Shown here in pieces: positions 11,639 through 24,130 of a stretch of DNA of 38,111 nt; the first letter of the stretch is position 1; each line of letters begins with the position of its first letter. This DNA is from Octopus bimaculoides (lineage: Eukaryota): contig NC_068984.1 in assembly GCF_001194135.2 (NCBI RefSeq), forward strand, positions 36,762,675 through 36,800,785. The letters run 5' to 3'. Below the pieces are notes generated by a model that was not told the origin of the DNA, did not search any database, and saw only the letters and a program-made list of their open reading frames with translations. Position numbers and translations under genes: made by a program.

Positions 11639-12400
11639 ATAGATTACCCCGCTAGGAACCCTAACAATAGACTCCTTGTCCTTCAAACTGAATTTTGGTT
11701 AGAAACTGTGAACAACGGAATGCAGTTCCTCCACTCCTATTACATGAAACCTATAGCTTCTAAATATGTTGTTCATAAGAACTCAGCTTTGTTACACAAC
11801 ATAATAATCAGCATTCTGTTAGAAGACATAGTTAGGATAATGAACAACGTGAGACCTATGAAACAAAGAAACATGTACAGAACATTATTCACCGCATGCT
11901 ATTCTCTGAATATGATCATGAAGATAGGATTCGGATATAAAGGGGTGCGAGAAAGAAGTTAGATAGCATTATAAGTAATGAAACCAGTTGTACCTGCTCT
12001 AAATATAAAAGTAAAGACTGGCATAGGATACAAAGAGTTTGTGACAAAGACCGACAAACTTCAAGGAGTGATGTCTGTAGAGGCCACAGCCCATGGGGAA
12101 CTAGCCCGTAGATTTAGAAGAGCTATGAAGGAGACTAATCTCAACATTAAGATCGTTGAAACGCCAGGGTGCTCCATCAGATCACAACTATGTAGAACGT
12201 ACACTTTTGAGAAAACCTCTTGCACCAATGATAACTATATGGTATGTAAGATTAACCTTAGCCTTAACTGTAGAACTAGATTGGTACTCTCCAGCATAAG
12301 GTGCATCGAGGGAGCTTGTAATGACAAGAATATAATAAACATAAGTGAGATATCTAGGACCATAAATAAGTTTCTATATCAACTGGACGTCTTCATCCAC
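11639..12400 (+). mobile_element. Penelope-like retroelement remnant (RT thumb, linker, start of GIY-YIG)
   Basis: IDYPARNPNNRL...FLHSYYMKPIASKYVVHKNSAL (RT thumb, FYxKPMAS...SAL type), then VMSVEATAHGELARRFRR...IKIVETPGCSIRSQL...C...CKINLSLNCRT...IRC and ISEISRT (degenerate YIGETSR). Broken by frameshifts and stops. Confidence 0.85.
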
Positions 12401-15360
12401 ATTTTTCTTCTATACTCTTCCTATCTTTGGTTAATGTTACCTTCTGTCGTCTATGTTTGTAAAAAGTACCGTAGAAGGATATGTAAGGCACATCGTTTCA
12501 CTTTTCTCATTCTTTTCCTTCACAATAATTAAAATGGCATGAGTTGTCACATTTTCTCTTCTGTTGTGCTGAGTTCTCTGTAAGTCTACAAGATATTTTC
12601 CATTCCAATTTGTTTCCTCTTTGTATATGTCCTAAATTCGTTTTGCACTAATATGAACTAGAGAGCTTGAATCGAATAACTCTTCTTTCCTCGATATGTA
12701 TTCCTTGACATATGTTTTAAAAAATGTGATATAATATTGATTATATTACTTTTCTTGGCACAAACAGAACTGAACTAAATCAAACCATTTTCCTCCCCGA
12801 AAACTGCACGTGGAAAACATCATAACTGAAAGAAAGCCGTTTAATTTGCATTTAATTATTCAGAACTTGCAAATATTTCTTTTAATAAAACTAAGTGTAA
12901 TTTCAATGAATCTTTTAAAGTTTTAAATTGTTTGAAAATGATTGCTGCTTAAACTTGCTGAGAATATTTAGGACTTCGATATATATGTTAAATAGCTGAG
13001 AATGCGGAGTGTATTCTTAGAGAGATCTATTATCATGGATTCAAATTTCTCTTATACTGACTTACTTTCTTTTAATTGTCTAACAGCCCATACAGTCATC
13101 TAAGGTATCGCATGAATGATGTCTCCTTCTTTGAAATTAATCCTATACAAGAAATCCATGCGCGGTTATTAGTGGGATTCGCCATAAAATAGAAGTAGAA
13201 TCGCAATGAAATATCTCCGTTTCAATGATTAGATATCTATTCAAAACATTACACATTACATTACGGAGGGACATTATAAATATAAATTTGGAAAATAATC
13301 TTTCATCCGTTACTTTAAAACTATAGTAACCAATGATGTGTATGAAACTATTAAGAAATACCTCTAGTTGTAGAAATAATTGATGTAAGGTGTCAGTGAA
13401 GTGATTACGTTTACAGATCTATCTAGCCAGCCATAGCAGAATTGTTGTGATTCAAATATTAATATGATATTCCAAATAGTCGCGTATTCTATGATTCCAC
13501 AAATAAGATATACGGATTTAATCTCTGGATTCATGTTCTCCTGATCCATACCCTTGTTATTTAATTGATAAGAGAAATTAAATATTAAACAGTAAAATAT
13601 TTGCAGAATCTTAAAATATGAAAACTTAATTTTTATAATTTCATATCCGGAGTATTTTACCCTTCACAGTATCTCATTCTTTTTTATCTCATGCCATGTT
13701 AATTGTTAACCTTTAATATTTTCCTTTACAAATTTGACGCTATTTCTTATCAGTCTTTTCTTTCTGTTATATCCCACAATTATATTTTATAAATCAATGT
13801 TATGGAAATTGGAAGTATACTCATATTTGAAATAGCCACGAATAAATACTAAGCTAGGTAGAAATTATTTTAATGTAAGAAAATGATATAAGGCTAAACT
13901 AACCAATATTGGAAGCAGTTTCTCAACATTTTTAATCATTGTATATTTACTATAAGTGCTAAAGAATTTTATGACGTAGTGCAGAATATTTAATAGTTTG
14001 TTAAAGCATTCAAATGACAGTTACTGAACAGTATATAGCTCTCTGAACATTTGATAACATCAGAAGCGTTAGAATGAGCTCTGGTTTTGGGAACAGAATA
14101 TCGCATTTTGTTAATTTTATTGCAGTTTCATTTGGAAAAATGAAAACTGTTTGTCGAAATTCTAAATTAAATAATTTGAACGACAACTTAGAAAATACAT
14201 ATGCCGTCCTTTAATAGTAGTAATGACGCTTCTAAAGAAGAGCAAATGTAAAGTATGCTATACATCTACTCCGAAATATATACTCCAAACACAAATGAAA
14301 TAAATAGTATAATGTTTAAAAATGATAAAGAAAATCACTGACAAGTAAGAATTAAATATTAATTTCTATAAATGTGTTTAAAACATAAATTAGGCAAATT
14401 ATAATGGATAATTAAGTATGCTCCAATTTCATATGTAAAGTTCAGCTATGCAAACAGAGAAAGTATAGTTTGTTACACATAGAAAAGTCTATAGGATATA
14501 TTTTGCATAGGCCTCTGGAATTCTTAATGGATGTGCTTATTTCAAATTCAAAATTGGTGTATATTCGAGTTCAGCAAGATGCATATTTTTGTTTGCCATA
14601 GTGACAAGATACTAATCTAAGTATTGTTGAAATGCCCACTGTAACACGTTGCCAAGATTACGGAATATTGGAATTCGTGTCACTAAAGGTTTTAATAAAT
14701 GACGAGCTTGAATAATGCTGTGGATAAATTACGTCAAATATTAGAATTTCTGAAATAACGATGAGGGAAACTTTTCAAAGAAGAAGTGATGGAAAAGGTT
14801 AACGTTTAATCTTCCCCATTGACTCAAGTAAAACTCTTCGATCAATGATTAATGAGCACGTAAAATATTACTGCTACCATGATGGCTGAGTTGCAAAGGA
14901 AATTATAAGGCAGTCGCAAATGTTAGTAATTTCTGTGATTATAACTCACTCATGTCTTTGTCCAGTGGTAATTAATAATTATATGACAGGCACATAATAT
15001 ATATTCTGGACTGTATAAACATAAAAATAGAGAAAGAAATCTTTGAAGTCACTGGTGGAGAGGTTAATATTGATGGTACATTTAACAATATGATTTCAAC
15101 TACAGGAAAACTGTTCATCTATAAAACTAAAAGAATAGCAGTATATTATATACGAATTATGTCAAATACACACATACCACATATACATACATACATGCAG
15201 ACATTCATACATACATTCTTATATATATACACATGGTATATACGCAAACAAATATTCACACACATATGCGTATGTATGTGTGTGTGTGCGCGTGTGTGTG
15301 CGTGCGTGCGTGCGTGCGTGTGTGTGTGTGTGTATCTGTGTGTGTGTGCTAGTGTATATA

Positions 15361-16519
15361 CAGAGTGCATAAGATATTTGAGGACAAATTTATGTTTATA
15401 AAAAAAATAAATAATAGATAATAACTTTATTTATCAAAAGATGCCATTAGGATAAAATTAAAACTTCTTTTCTATACTGTTATTCAATAGAACCACCTTC
15501 AGGTACTTTAAGTGCTTCTATATGAGATCTAAATCATCTACATGCTCCAATCAAGTGGCCCTGGTTCATTTGGGACATTACTCTGACTATCGTGGCTTTC
15601 AAAGAATCTTTGGTTCTAAGGACATGCTTATTGACCTCTCTCTCTCTCAACAACGCTCCACACGTAGTAGTCCAATGGATTCAGATTTGGGGAATTAGGA
15701 GGCCAAATGTTAGGGATTATGTGATCATAAAAATTCTTGTTATTACAGCCATGTGTGATAGTGCAGAGTCTTACTAAAACACATATGGCCTTCCATTGCA
15801 TACACCGTCTATCCAGGGTTTAACAATTGTTTCCTGGACCTCAATGTAGGCGGTGAGTTAACTCTAAAGCCTTATGGAAAGAAGTAAGGAGGCATCACAT
15901 GTCCTTCATTGGACATGACAGTTACAGGAAATGTTGTATGTATAACACTTGGAACTTCAGAAAGGGTTTGCACATAATAATCTGTCATTTCTTCTGTTAA
16001 CTCTTTGGTTTTGTCGAAGTTTTTCTCATTTGAGAGAAACCAAAACAAGTCTTCTTTTGCTGGATTTTTCAGTTTGTTTAAGAACCTTTTAGATCTAATG
16101 TAGTGATTTTCTTTTGCTTTCTCTAACATAAATTGAATTTTCTTCATCATATAAGATTTATATCTGATGTCCTCGTGGACAACATTTCTAACTGTTCCTT
16201 CTGACACATGGAGATATTTTGCAATTGACCTCATGGAATTTCTGAGATTGTAATCACTGGTCTGTTGAATCTGCTGGATGAATTCAGGTGTTCTGATGAT
16301 TTCAGAGGGTTTAGAATGATTTTGATGCTTTGATACTGATGATACATTTCCATGTTCAGTCTCTAGGTGCTTACAAACTTTGTAGACGAAAGATCTGGCA
16401 ACTTTTAAAACTCGAGATATTTCTAAATCACTATTCTCAGTCTTTATAACCACAATAACAGCTTGCCTCTTCATTTCTTCAGTAAGCTGAGGGTCTGCCA
16501 TTATTATTTTCTGAAACAA
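15361..16519 (-). mobile_element. Tc1/mariner-superfamily transposon, maT (DD37D, Bmmar1-like) type, disrupted
   Basis: ORF 15872-16519 encodes HTH regions and FLSNEKNF (FSDEKNF). Downstream frames give DSALSH, IIPNIWPPNSPNLNPLDYYVWSVVERE and a C-terminal ...EGGSIE*. A TA|CAGAGTG terminus lies at 15359-15367; the opposite TIR was not found. Confidence 0.88.
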
Positions 16520-16825
16520 AGATTATACAGAGTTAGTAAAAAATGCAGCACTGATACAAAAAAGGTATGTGCTTACATACCTTACGTACCCTATATGAGT
16601 GCGTGTGGGTGTATGTGTATGTGTGTATGTATGTGTGTGTGTGTAAATAGAAACAGACACACGTGTGAGAGGTGAATTAACTCGCATTGAGTTAATTGTT
16701 CCGTTTTTCTTTTCCTCTCTTTCTCGAAGAAATTGTATAATGCCAAATCTATAGAAGTTATGGTTTCGCCAGCTTTAGAGCAGCTATATCTTCAGAATTT
16801 AAGGACTCAAGCAAAGAAGGACCCA

Positions 16826-17160
16826 TGGCACGGCTGTGTGATAAGCTGGATGCTTCCCAACCCCATGGTGCTGCGTTCAGTCCCACTGCGTTGCACCTTC
16901 GCCAAGCGTCTTCTATTATAGCTCGGGCTGACCAAAGCATTTGTCAGTACATTTTTTAGACAGAAAGTGAAAGAAATTGCCATATATGTGTGTGTTTGCG
17001 CGTGTGTGTATGTTTGGGTGTGGGTGTGTGTCTGTGTTTGTGTCTGTGTTCGGCAAAAAAGACCGATAACATAAGTACGAGGTTTTTAAAAATGTCCTAG
17101 TTTCGATTCAAAACCCTTCAAGACGGTGCCCCAGCATGGCCGCAGTCAATTGACTGAAAC
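16826..17160 (+). mobile_element. tRNA-derived SINE, family A, older and more diverged copy
   Basis: Degenerate A box cggctgtgtga and B box cgttcagtccc, internal (TG)n, and 3' end ccagcatggccgcagtcaattgactgaaac homologous to 6331-6749. Confidence 0.8.
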
Positions 17161-17279
17161 TATTACAACACATATAAAGACATAGCAGCAGTGTCAATGT
17201 AAAAGTTTGAGGTCGATTGGTGATACGAATATGTTAAGGCAGGTGGTTTGTCCTTTGTGTTTGAATTCTATGCAGTCAC

Positions 17280-17353
17280 CTGACGAAAACGGCTTCTTTG
17301 CAATGATTAATGCTTTCATTAATCAATCAAAGGAATCGATTGAAACGGTCGTA
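17280..17353 (+). ncRNA. Hammerhead-like core with long (~25-bp) stem II
   Basis: CTGACGA at 17280-17286. Hairpin 17287-17312 / 17317-17341 includes a perfect tgattaatg-cttt-cattaatca. GAAA at 17342-17345, then C-ggtc-GTA (17351-17353). Stem I pairs poorly. Confidence 0.4.
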
Positions 17354-17381
17354 ACGAATTGGCACCTGTACATCTCTGTTA

Positions 17382-17383
<2 letters not shown>

Positions 17384-17431
<48 letters not shown>
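17384..17431. repeat. (TA)n microsatellite
   Basis: Perfect TA run. Confidence 0.95.
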
Positions 17432-17434
<3 letters not shown>

Positions 17435-18376
17435 AATATATGAGTATATGCATATATACGTACATGTATGTATATACGTTCATCTACATGTACATATAGA
17501 TACATAACTGGGTACATGACGTGGAAAAAGAACAAGGACAAAATGGTAAACAAGGTGCAACAAACAAGCAGGCCACATAGAAACATCCCGTATGTATGTA
17601 TGTATGTTTGTATGTATGTATATGCACGTATGTTCACATATGCTATTTGCAGGCGTTCGAAACCACGAGGAAGGCCCTACGAGGAAGCAATCATATTCAT
17701 AAACACATACACGCACACACACGAACATATATATACACATACGTAATATATCTATCTCTCTATCCATCTGTCTATATATACATCTCTCTCTATATATATA
17801 TATACATATACACATGCAACAATATATGAAAAATGTGCCAATAAAAAAAAACTTGCTACGCAATTTAGAAATTTAGAAACCTCACTATACGTTAATCTGA
17901 GGGTCATTTTTCCAATATTTCGCTACGATAATGTTGGAGCAAGTAACGCAAGTATATATAGCCTCGTACATAATACGATTGACCTTTAAAATTGAACCTT
18001 TAAGGATTATAGGAAATGAAACTTAAGTAGAAATATGTTGACTAGAAAGATGTAAATCTCAAGAATATATATTAAGTTGTTTTATTCTAGCAGCTTTATT
18101 ATGTAGACGTATGGCAAAAACCTCTCCAAGTATGTCAACCTCATCTTATTTAGAGACACTATATTTTAGCAAGTTAATGTTCTGAACTTTAAAAACGAAA
18201 TTGAAATAAACACAATCATGTTCATCTCTTTAATCCAGCCGGAAATCAGTGAGTTTTTGTTTTTAACGCGGTTCTGCTTACGTCGATTTGTTACAGGTCT
18301 TGCAACGTCCAGTGATTAAACTCCCGTGCTGCGGTTCAATCGTAACGTTTCAACTTGCTCAATTAAAGCTACTTAC

Positions 18377-18455
18377 CTTGAGAAGCTAACAGGTGACAAA
18401 TGTGAAACATGAATCGGGGCTCTATCATCAGCATTTGGGTTGCAATTCGAACATT
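18377..18455 (-). CDS. Candidate internal exon (79 nt)
   Basis: Minus strand: ttttccatgctccacataactacag|AATGTTCG...TTCTCAAG|gtaagt, a perfect AAG|GTAAGT donor. Two frames are open (NVRIATQMLMIEPRFMFHICHLLASQ or CSNCNPNADDRAPIHVSHLSPVSFS). It sits in repeat-free, CpG-containing sequence. Confidence 0.3.
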
Positions 18456-19639
18456 CTGTAGTTATGTGGAGCATGGAAAATTATTGAAAAGGGAGGTATA
18501 TTAAAACCTTTCAATTATATTTAAGATATCAAAATAACTACGAAGTTGAAGAAACATACTAAATTATTATGAGAAAAAATCTCCAAATATCTATTTCATG
18601 TTCCCTTTTTTCCGTCATCTTTGCAGCATTTAAGACGTGAAAGAGCTATTACACTTATGGTTTCATTTAAGATCTATAAGCTTAACAACTATTTCGCTCT
18701 GAAACATAGTCTAGCTCCAAAGTGGAAAGTACACTATTTCAGTTAAGTATAATATGTCGTCAGTATAATATACTAGCATTTATAGTGACATATATGCATT
18801 AACCGAGACTTGTGTAGGAATAATAAATGTGAAATACATTTGTAACCTTCCTAAGGGCAGTGACAATAGTAAGTTTCGTTGAACAAATCCAGATTGGAAT
18901 GGCTCTCTTTTAGAGAGTTTAGAAAGTTTCCATTAATCGAAGTAGTTCAGGTTCAACTTGAGTGTAGTTTATATGATGTTGTTTAGCTCCAAGTTAAAAC
19001 TGATGATCGATTCCTTCAACAAACAATTTGCAGCTCCGAATATCAGGACGCATTTCTTCTACTATTTTCAATGGCACACTTGTAAAAAAATCTTATGGTT
19101 GAAAATGATGGAGATTTGGCTGATATTGATAGACGACCAATTTATCATGTTTAAGTTTCCTTAGCAGTTCATTTACAAGACAGATTTGTATTGTCTTTAG
19201 AGTAGAGTTTTGCGTATGATTATATCTCATAGATCCTTAATTTACAAGCGCAAGTGCCTAGGTGATCAATATGAAACATGAAATACACCATAGATAAATG
19301 GGGGTTTGTTTGATAGTGTCCTGACGAAAATAGCTCACTCTTGAGATACAATACATGAACTTATACCAGGTACTAAAACTGACTTTCACGTAGCTAATGA
19401 ATCTTGGCAGAATGATATCGAAGGGTCTCGAATAGAACAAGAACTAAAGTTCAATATGTTGCAGAAGGTTATATTTAACTTCTCTTTTCATGACGTTTGA
19501 GTTTGTGGACGTGACAACGACATAGTGATAGCTGACAAGATCATAGATTATGATATTTTTTTCAGATACAGTACGTTGTAACACATTTTCAAAACCTGGA
19601 TAAAAACCTGAGAGAGATAGAACGGTTTGGGAAGAAATA

Positions 19640-19800
19640 GAGTATAACTCTGGAACGTATCATTTGATTGTGGCGAAGGACTATTGTCAAGACAGGTAGC
19701 CTAGACGGTTCGAAATGACCAGGAGAATACTGGTACTAGATGCGGATGTGCATACACTATTAAACATGGTGAAATTTAGAACGAAAGTCTTGAGAATTCT
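19640..19800 (+). mobile_element. Possible highly decayed GIY-YIG (Penelope-like) fragment
   Basis: gattgtggcgaaggactattgtcaagacaggtagc can be read across frameshifts as a DCGE-Y..KTG echo of C..YIGQTGR. Weak. Confidence 0.25.
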
Positions 19801-21130
19801 TGAAAATTCGTAGAAGAATTCACTAATTACAACGGCACGTTGGAGGTGGTATCATATTTAGAGAGACTCTGCTAAGCTAGAAATATTTTGGACTAGGAAA
19901 CAGAACAAATTACTGCAGTTTCAGAGATACGTGAGTGCTAGTTGCAATGCCTTTAAAGTATATCTGATCAATTATTGATGACCTGGAGCTAAGCATATAA
20001 ACAGCAGTAACTCTATCCAATAAAACGACAGAGCTCAAAGAAAGCATTTTACAGAATTATTTCCTAATAAAATCTACAGCACTCAAAACGAACTAACACA
20101 ACCCACACAACACATAATGTAGGCACCACACATTGAAATAATACAATTTTCACAGCACATATCATAGACAAACGCTAACAGTTACAGTTGCGTAATTAAC
20201 ACAGAAAATCTCCTAAACAATCACCAGCCAATCAAATGACTCAGCTCTCACCTAATGAATTCTCCCGAAACAAATGAAAGGCTAATAAAATAACGGAAAT
20301 TATAAAAAGAAACTTAGCAATAAAACAAAATGCACGAAACATATATTATGCTGCACAAAGTTATAGTAACATCATTAACTGATTATATTTATGAATTATA
20401 AAAATAATGCCGCACTAAGTCTACATTCTTCATATAATACCTGACGATAAAATCCTACAGATATGCTGAAGCACAGAACTGCGCACGCAAGCACTTACCC
20501 ATCCATCAAGAACACACCAAGCGCATATATAATCTATATTGTAATGAACACAAACTGCTTTCGGTTTCTATCTACTTTATTACATTTTTCATTTTTCTTT
20601 ATTAGCCCTTAGTTGTCGTTTATGTTTATTTACACTCTTATCCCAATGTAGATTGAAGGCCCCTGCCGCATCTTCTCTATGAAATGATGATAGTAGGTTG
20701 TTGTTGCCGCATTTTGGCCACAAGTACATGGAATTTATGTTGTAACTGCTGAAATCGCTAATGTTGCAATTAAGATTTTTTAGAACATTTCAATTCTGGT
20801 TAATCACATGAATTAATTCATGCGTACTGATATCGCTCTACTGGTCTTAGGATTGTATGGATGTTTTATTGAAGAGTACTGGTACGTAACCATCTATGTA
20901 TCAATTTATTGCCCTACATACACACATACAAAAAAATATCCTCGTACAATTGCACAAAGAACATTGCCCTTCTAGACCATAGGGCCCGCTATATCTGGCT
21001 TCTGAAAACAAGCTCTTAAATTACTACCGAAGTTTTTCAAATATAAAAATTCAATAATATTGTCTGTATGAAACTGAAAAAAAAAGTACTTCACTTTAGA
21101 TAGAAACTAAGTAATAATTCTTTCAAATAC

Positions 21131-21264
21131 CGGTGCAGCCGTTATTTATTTTATCGACCGTGAAAGGTTAAGTCTAACTTGACGGAATTTGAACTCAGAA
21201 CGTTAAGATGGGAGAAATGTCGCTATGAATTTTGTCCGGTATGTTATCGATTCTGTCAGCTTGC
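21131..21264 (-). mobile_element. tRNA-derived SINE, family B, 5' part
   Basis: B-box-like GAGTTCAAATTCC on the minus strand (21184-21196). Homologous to 33154-33337. Confidence 0.7.
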
Positions 21265-21563
21265 TAACTTCGGAATCGACGTAACAAGAAGCTCAGAAAC
21301 AACATGAACATCAGCAAAAGAAACAAAAAACAATATCAAAAGAAACAAAAAAACAACAATATCAAAAGAAAAACAAGCACAATAATGACAACAACGATGA
21401 CAATGAAGGCAGCAATGATGTCAGAAAGAGTAATTATTACAACCACACCAATAACAGCAATATCTTCTAGAAATAAAGATAGCAGATACAATAATCCAAA
21501 CTTTACACCAAAGCATCCCGTTATTAGAGTGTTGGTTGCGGAAGAAACAACCGTAACTTAACA

Positions 21564-21713
21564 TTGATGAATCGCCTGTCCGATGTGACATACCGGATTC
21601 GAGGAGGCAGGAGAACTTCTCCGAAAATTGTACACGCAAACCGTCTGTGGAAGTACCATGGCTCTGGACAGTTCGGCTGCAGCACACCTGCAGGGGTTGG
21701 ATCCACTTGCTAA
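21564..21713 (+). mobile_element. Ty3/Gypsy integrase C-terminal (GPY/F-region) fragment
   Basis: Translates LMNRLSDVTYRIRGGRRTSPKIVHANRLWKYHGSGQF, matching the Gypsy RLSDVTYRI...KVVHxNRL motif. This frame is absent from the ORF track. Confidence 0.8.
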
Positions 21714-21786
21714 GAAAGTCTGAGAGAGAAAAGAATCAATTTAGGAGTTAGAGATGTTGTTTGTTTTGTCGGGACGACAAAGAGCT

Positions 21787-22480
21787 AGGGAAGGGGTAGT
21801 GATGCGACGACCGAAAATACAGTTGGCATTATGTCCCTATCTCCCGGGCTGGGTTTTGAACCCGTACTCTGGTCAGTTGGGGACAATGGTATTTCCTTTG
21901 TCTCGTCGGCAACCAGAGCTATTTTTAGCGTAGCTGCCCCCTTTCCGGTCACCGAAAGTTCAGCAGGACAGGNNNNNNNNNNNNNNNNNNNNNNNNNNNN
22001 NNNNNNNNNNNNNNNNNNNNNNNNNNNNNNNNNNNNNNNNNNNNNNNNNNNNNNNNNNNNNNNNNNNNNNNNNNNNNNNNNNNNNNNNNNNNNNNNNNNN
22101 NNNGCCAGTGGAGTTCTGGCAGCCGGCAGAGGCAGTCGAGCGGTAGCAGCCAGCAGAGGCAGTTGGGGGACAGCAGTTTGCCCGTGGAGATGGGGCCAGT
22201 CGAGTGAGATGAAGAAGATGAATAAGTCTGACAGAGGGAAAGCTATGGTCAGCAGAAACGCATAGAGTCCCAGAGAGAGAGGTACAGAGAGATGAAGCAG
22301 TTGTACAGAGATGAAGATGAAGAATTATAAGTCTGACAGAGAGGAAGATATGGTCAGCAGAAACGCATAGAGTCCCAGAGAGAGAGAGAGAGAGAGAGAG
22401 GGACAGAGAGACGGNNNNNNNNNNAAACGCATAGAGTCCCAGAGAGAGAGAGAGAGAGAGAGAGGGACAGAGAGACGGAA
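21787..22480 (+). mobile_element. Polypurine tract and putative 3' LTR of the Gypsy element (right boundary uncertain)
   Basis: gtcgggacg...agggaaggggtag (PPT 21787-21799) is directly followed by TG at 21800. The GC/GA-rich sequence beyond contains a repeated block aagtctgacagag...tatggtcagcagaaacgcatagagtcccagagag at about 22223 and 22328. Two N-gaps interrupt it. Confidence 0.55.
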
Positions 22481-23238
22481 TTGTAATGGCAGACTGCCCT
22501 GGTCAGTGGAAGTAGCAGACCTGAAGGAAACGAACTTCGTTGTGGTAAATGCTTTTATATTATTTTAGAGAAAAAGAACTCTGAGTTGTTAACTGTGTTG
22601 TTGTTAAATGCTTCTAAAAGAAAGGAAGAGAAAAGAAATACAAAAGAAAGAAGTAGAAGAACTTTGTTGCCAAATGAAACTTGAGACACGAACTTTGCGA
22701 TGTAAAAATGATTGAAAAGCTTGTAATTGTTTGGAAACTTTGTCAACGTTATTGAACTGTCATGCCATGTATTGGAATTGTTATTATGTAATGCTCTATT
22801 CTAATGTTTTAAATGTATTCTGTGATGTTATGTATGTAAAAAGAAAAGGNNNNNNNNNNNNNNNNNNNNNNNNNNNNNNNNNNNNNNNNNNNNNNNNNNN
22901 NNNNNNNNNNNNNNNNNNNNNNNNNNNNNNNNNNNNNNNNNNNNNNNNNNNNNNNNNNNNNNNNNNNNNNNNNNNNNNNNNNNNNNNNNNNNNNNNNNNN
23001 NNNNNNNNNNNNNNNNNNNNNNNNNNNNNNNNNNNNNNNNNNNNNNNNNNNNNNNNNNNNNNNNNNNNNNNNNNNNNNNNNNNNNNNNNNNNNNNNNNNN
23101 NNNNNNNNNNNNNNNNNNNNNNNNNNNNNNNNNNNNNNNNNNNNNNNNNNNNNNNNNNNNNNNNNNNNNNNNNNNNNNNNNNNNNNNNNNNNNNNNNNNN
23201 NNNNNNNNNNNNNNNNNNNNNNNNNNNNNNNNNNNNNN

Positions 23239-23348
<110 letters not shown>

Positions 23349-24130
23349 TTCATTATCATCTTCTTTCAATGCTGTTTCCATTTCCTGCCCAGTGTCTTCT
23401 TGACACCTAAGGCAGAGAAACGCACTGTATACATTGGTAGACCATTAAAATAATCACACCAGATTGTTTATTTACAGTCATGTGATAGAGAAAAGAGGGG
23501 AGAAAGACAGAGAGGAAAAGGAAAAATAAGAGTAAACAAAGAAAATAAAGGGGAAAAAGAGAAAGAAAATTTACAGCGACATTGCTCTTCTCAGTACGTG
23601 TGACGTACTAGTTACGACGAACTTTTGCACTTTCTGCATGGCTAGTAAGCCAGGGATCAGCCTTAGATACTTTTCAGCTCTCTTTTTTGACTATCCCAAG
23701 TGCTCCTACAATCACTGATATTGTAGAACCACATCTTTTCGATTTCCATTAGCAAATCTTTATATTTTTTGAGTTTATCAAATTCTTTTGCCGAGATATT
23801 ATGGTCACAGTGTATGCTTATGTCAATCAATCAACAGACTTTATTGTTTTAGTCTTTCACAACAATATCTGGTTTGTTTGATTTGATGGTCCGGTCTGTA
23901 CATACTGGGAAGTCCCAAAGAATCGTGACATTTTCTACCTTAGTTACAGCCTCATAGTTATGCTTGTACCATTTGTGACCAAATCTGTCATCTCTGTATT
24001 TGCCAGATATTGGCCAACTCTGTCATGTCTATATTTGTACTATACAAGTGTTAAAACCTTACACCCAGAGATATGGATGAAATCGACTATCCCCGTCCCA
24101 CAAAATTTCAGGTCTTGCGTCTATAGTAGA
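23349..24130 (-). mobile_element. 5'-truncated Dong/R4-clade LINE: restriction-like endonuclease (REL) domain plus 3' UTR
   Basis: Minus strand: HKWYKHNYEAVTKVENVTILWDFPVCTDRTIKSNKPDIVVKD*NNKVC*LIDISIHCDHNISAKEFDKLKKYKDLLMEIEKMW, i.e. the PD...D...K REL motif. Flanked by (TAA)n at the 3' end and a short ATT run at 24135-24148. Confidence 0.9.

Noticed and set aside
13087-13192. Plus-strand acceptor followed by PYSHLRYRMNDVSFFEINPIQEIHARLLVG, vaguely cadherin-like
   Set aside because: Lacks the conserved TGEI/LDRE motifs and ends in a stop after 34 codons.
14950-15010. Strong minus-strand acceptor with a gtgagt donor
   Set aside because: All three frames contain stops.
20499-20533. Minus-strand 35-nt exon candidate with TGG|gtaagt
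   Set aside because: Phases do not join cleanly to the other candidates, and the surroundings look TE-derived.
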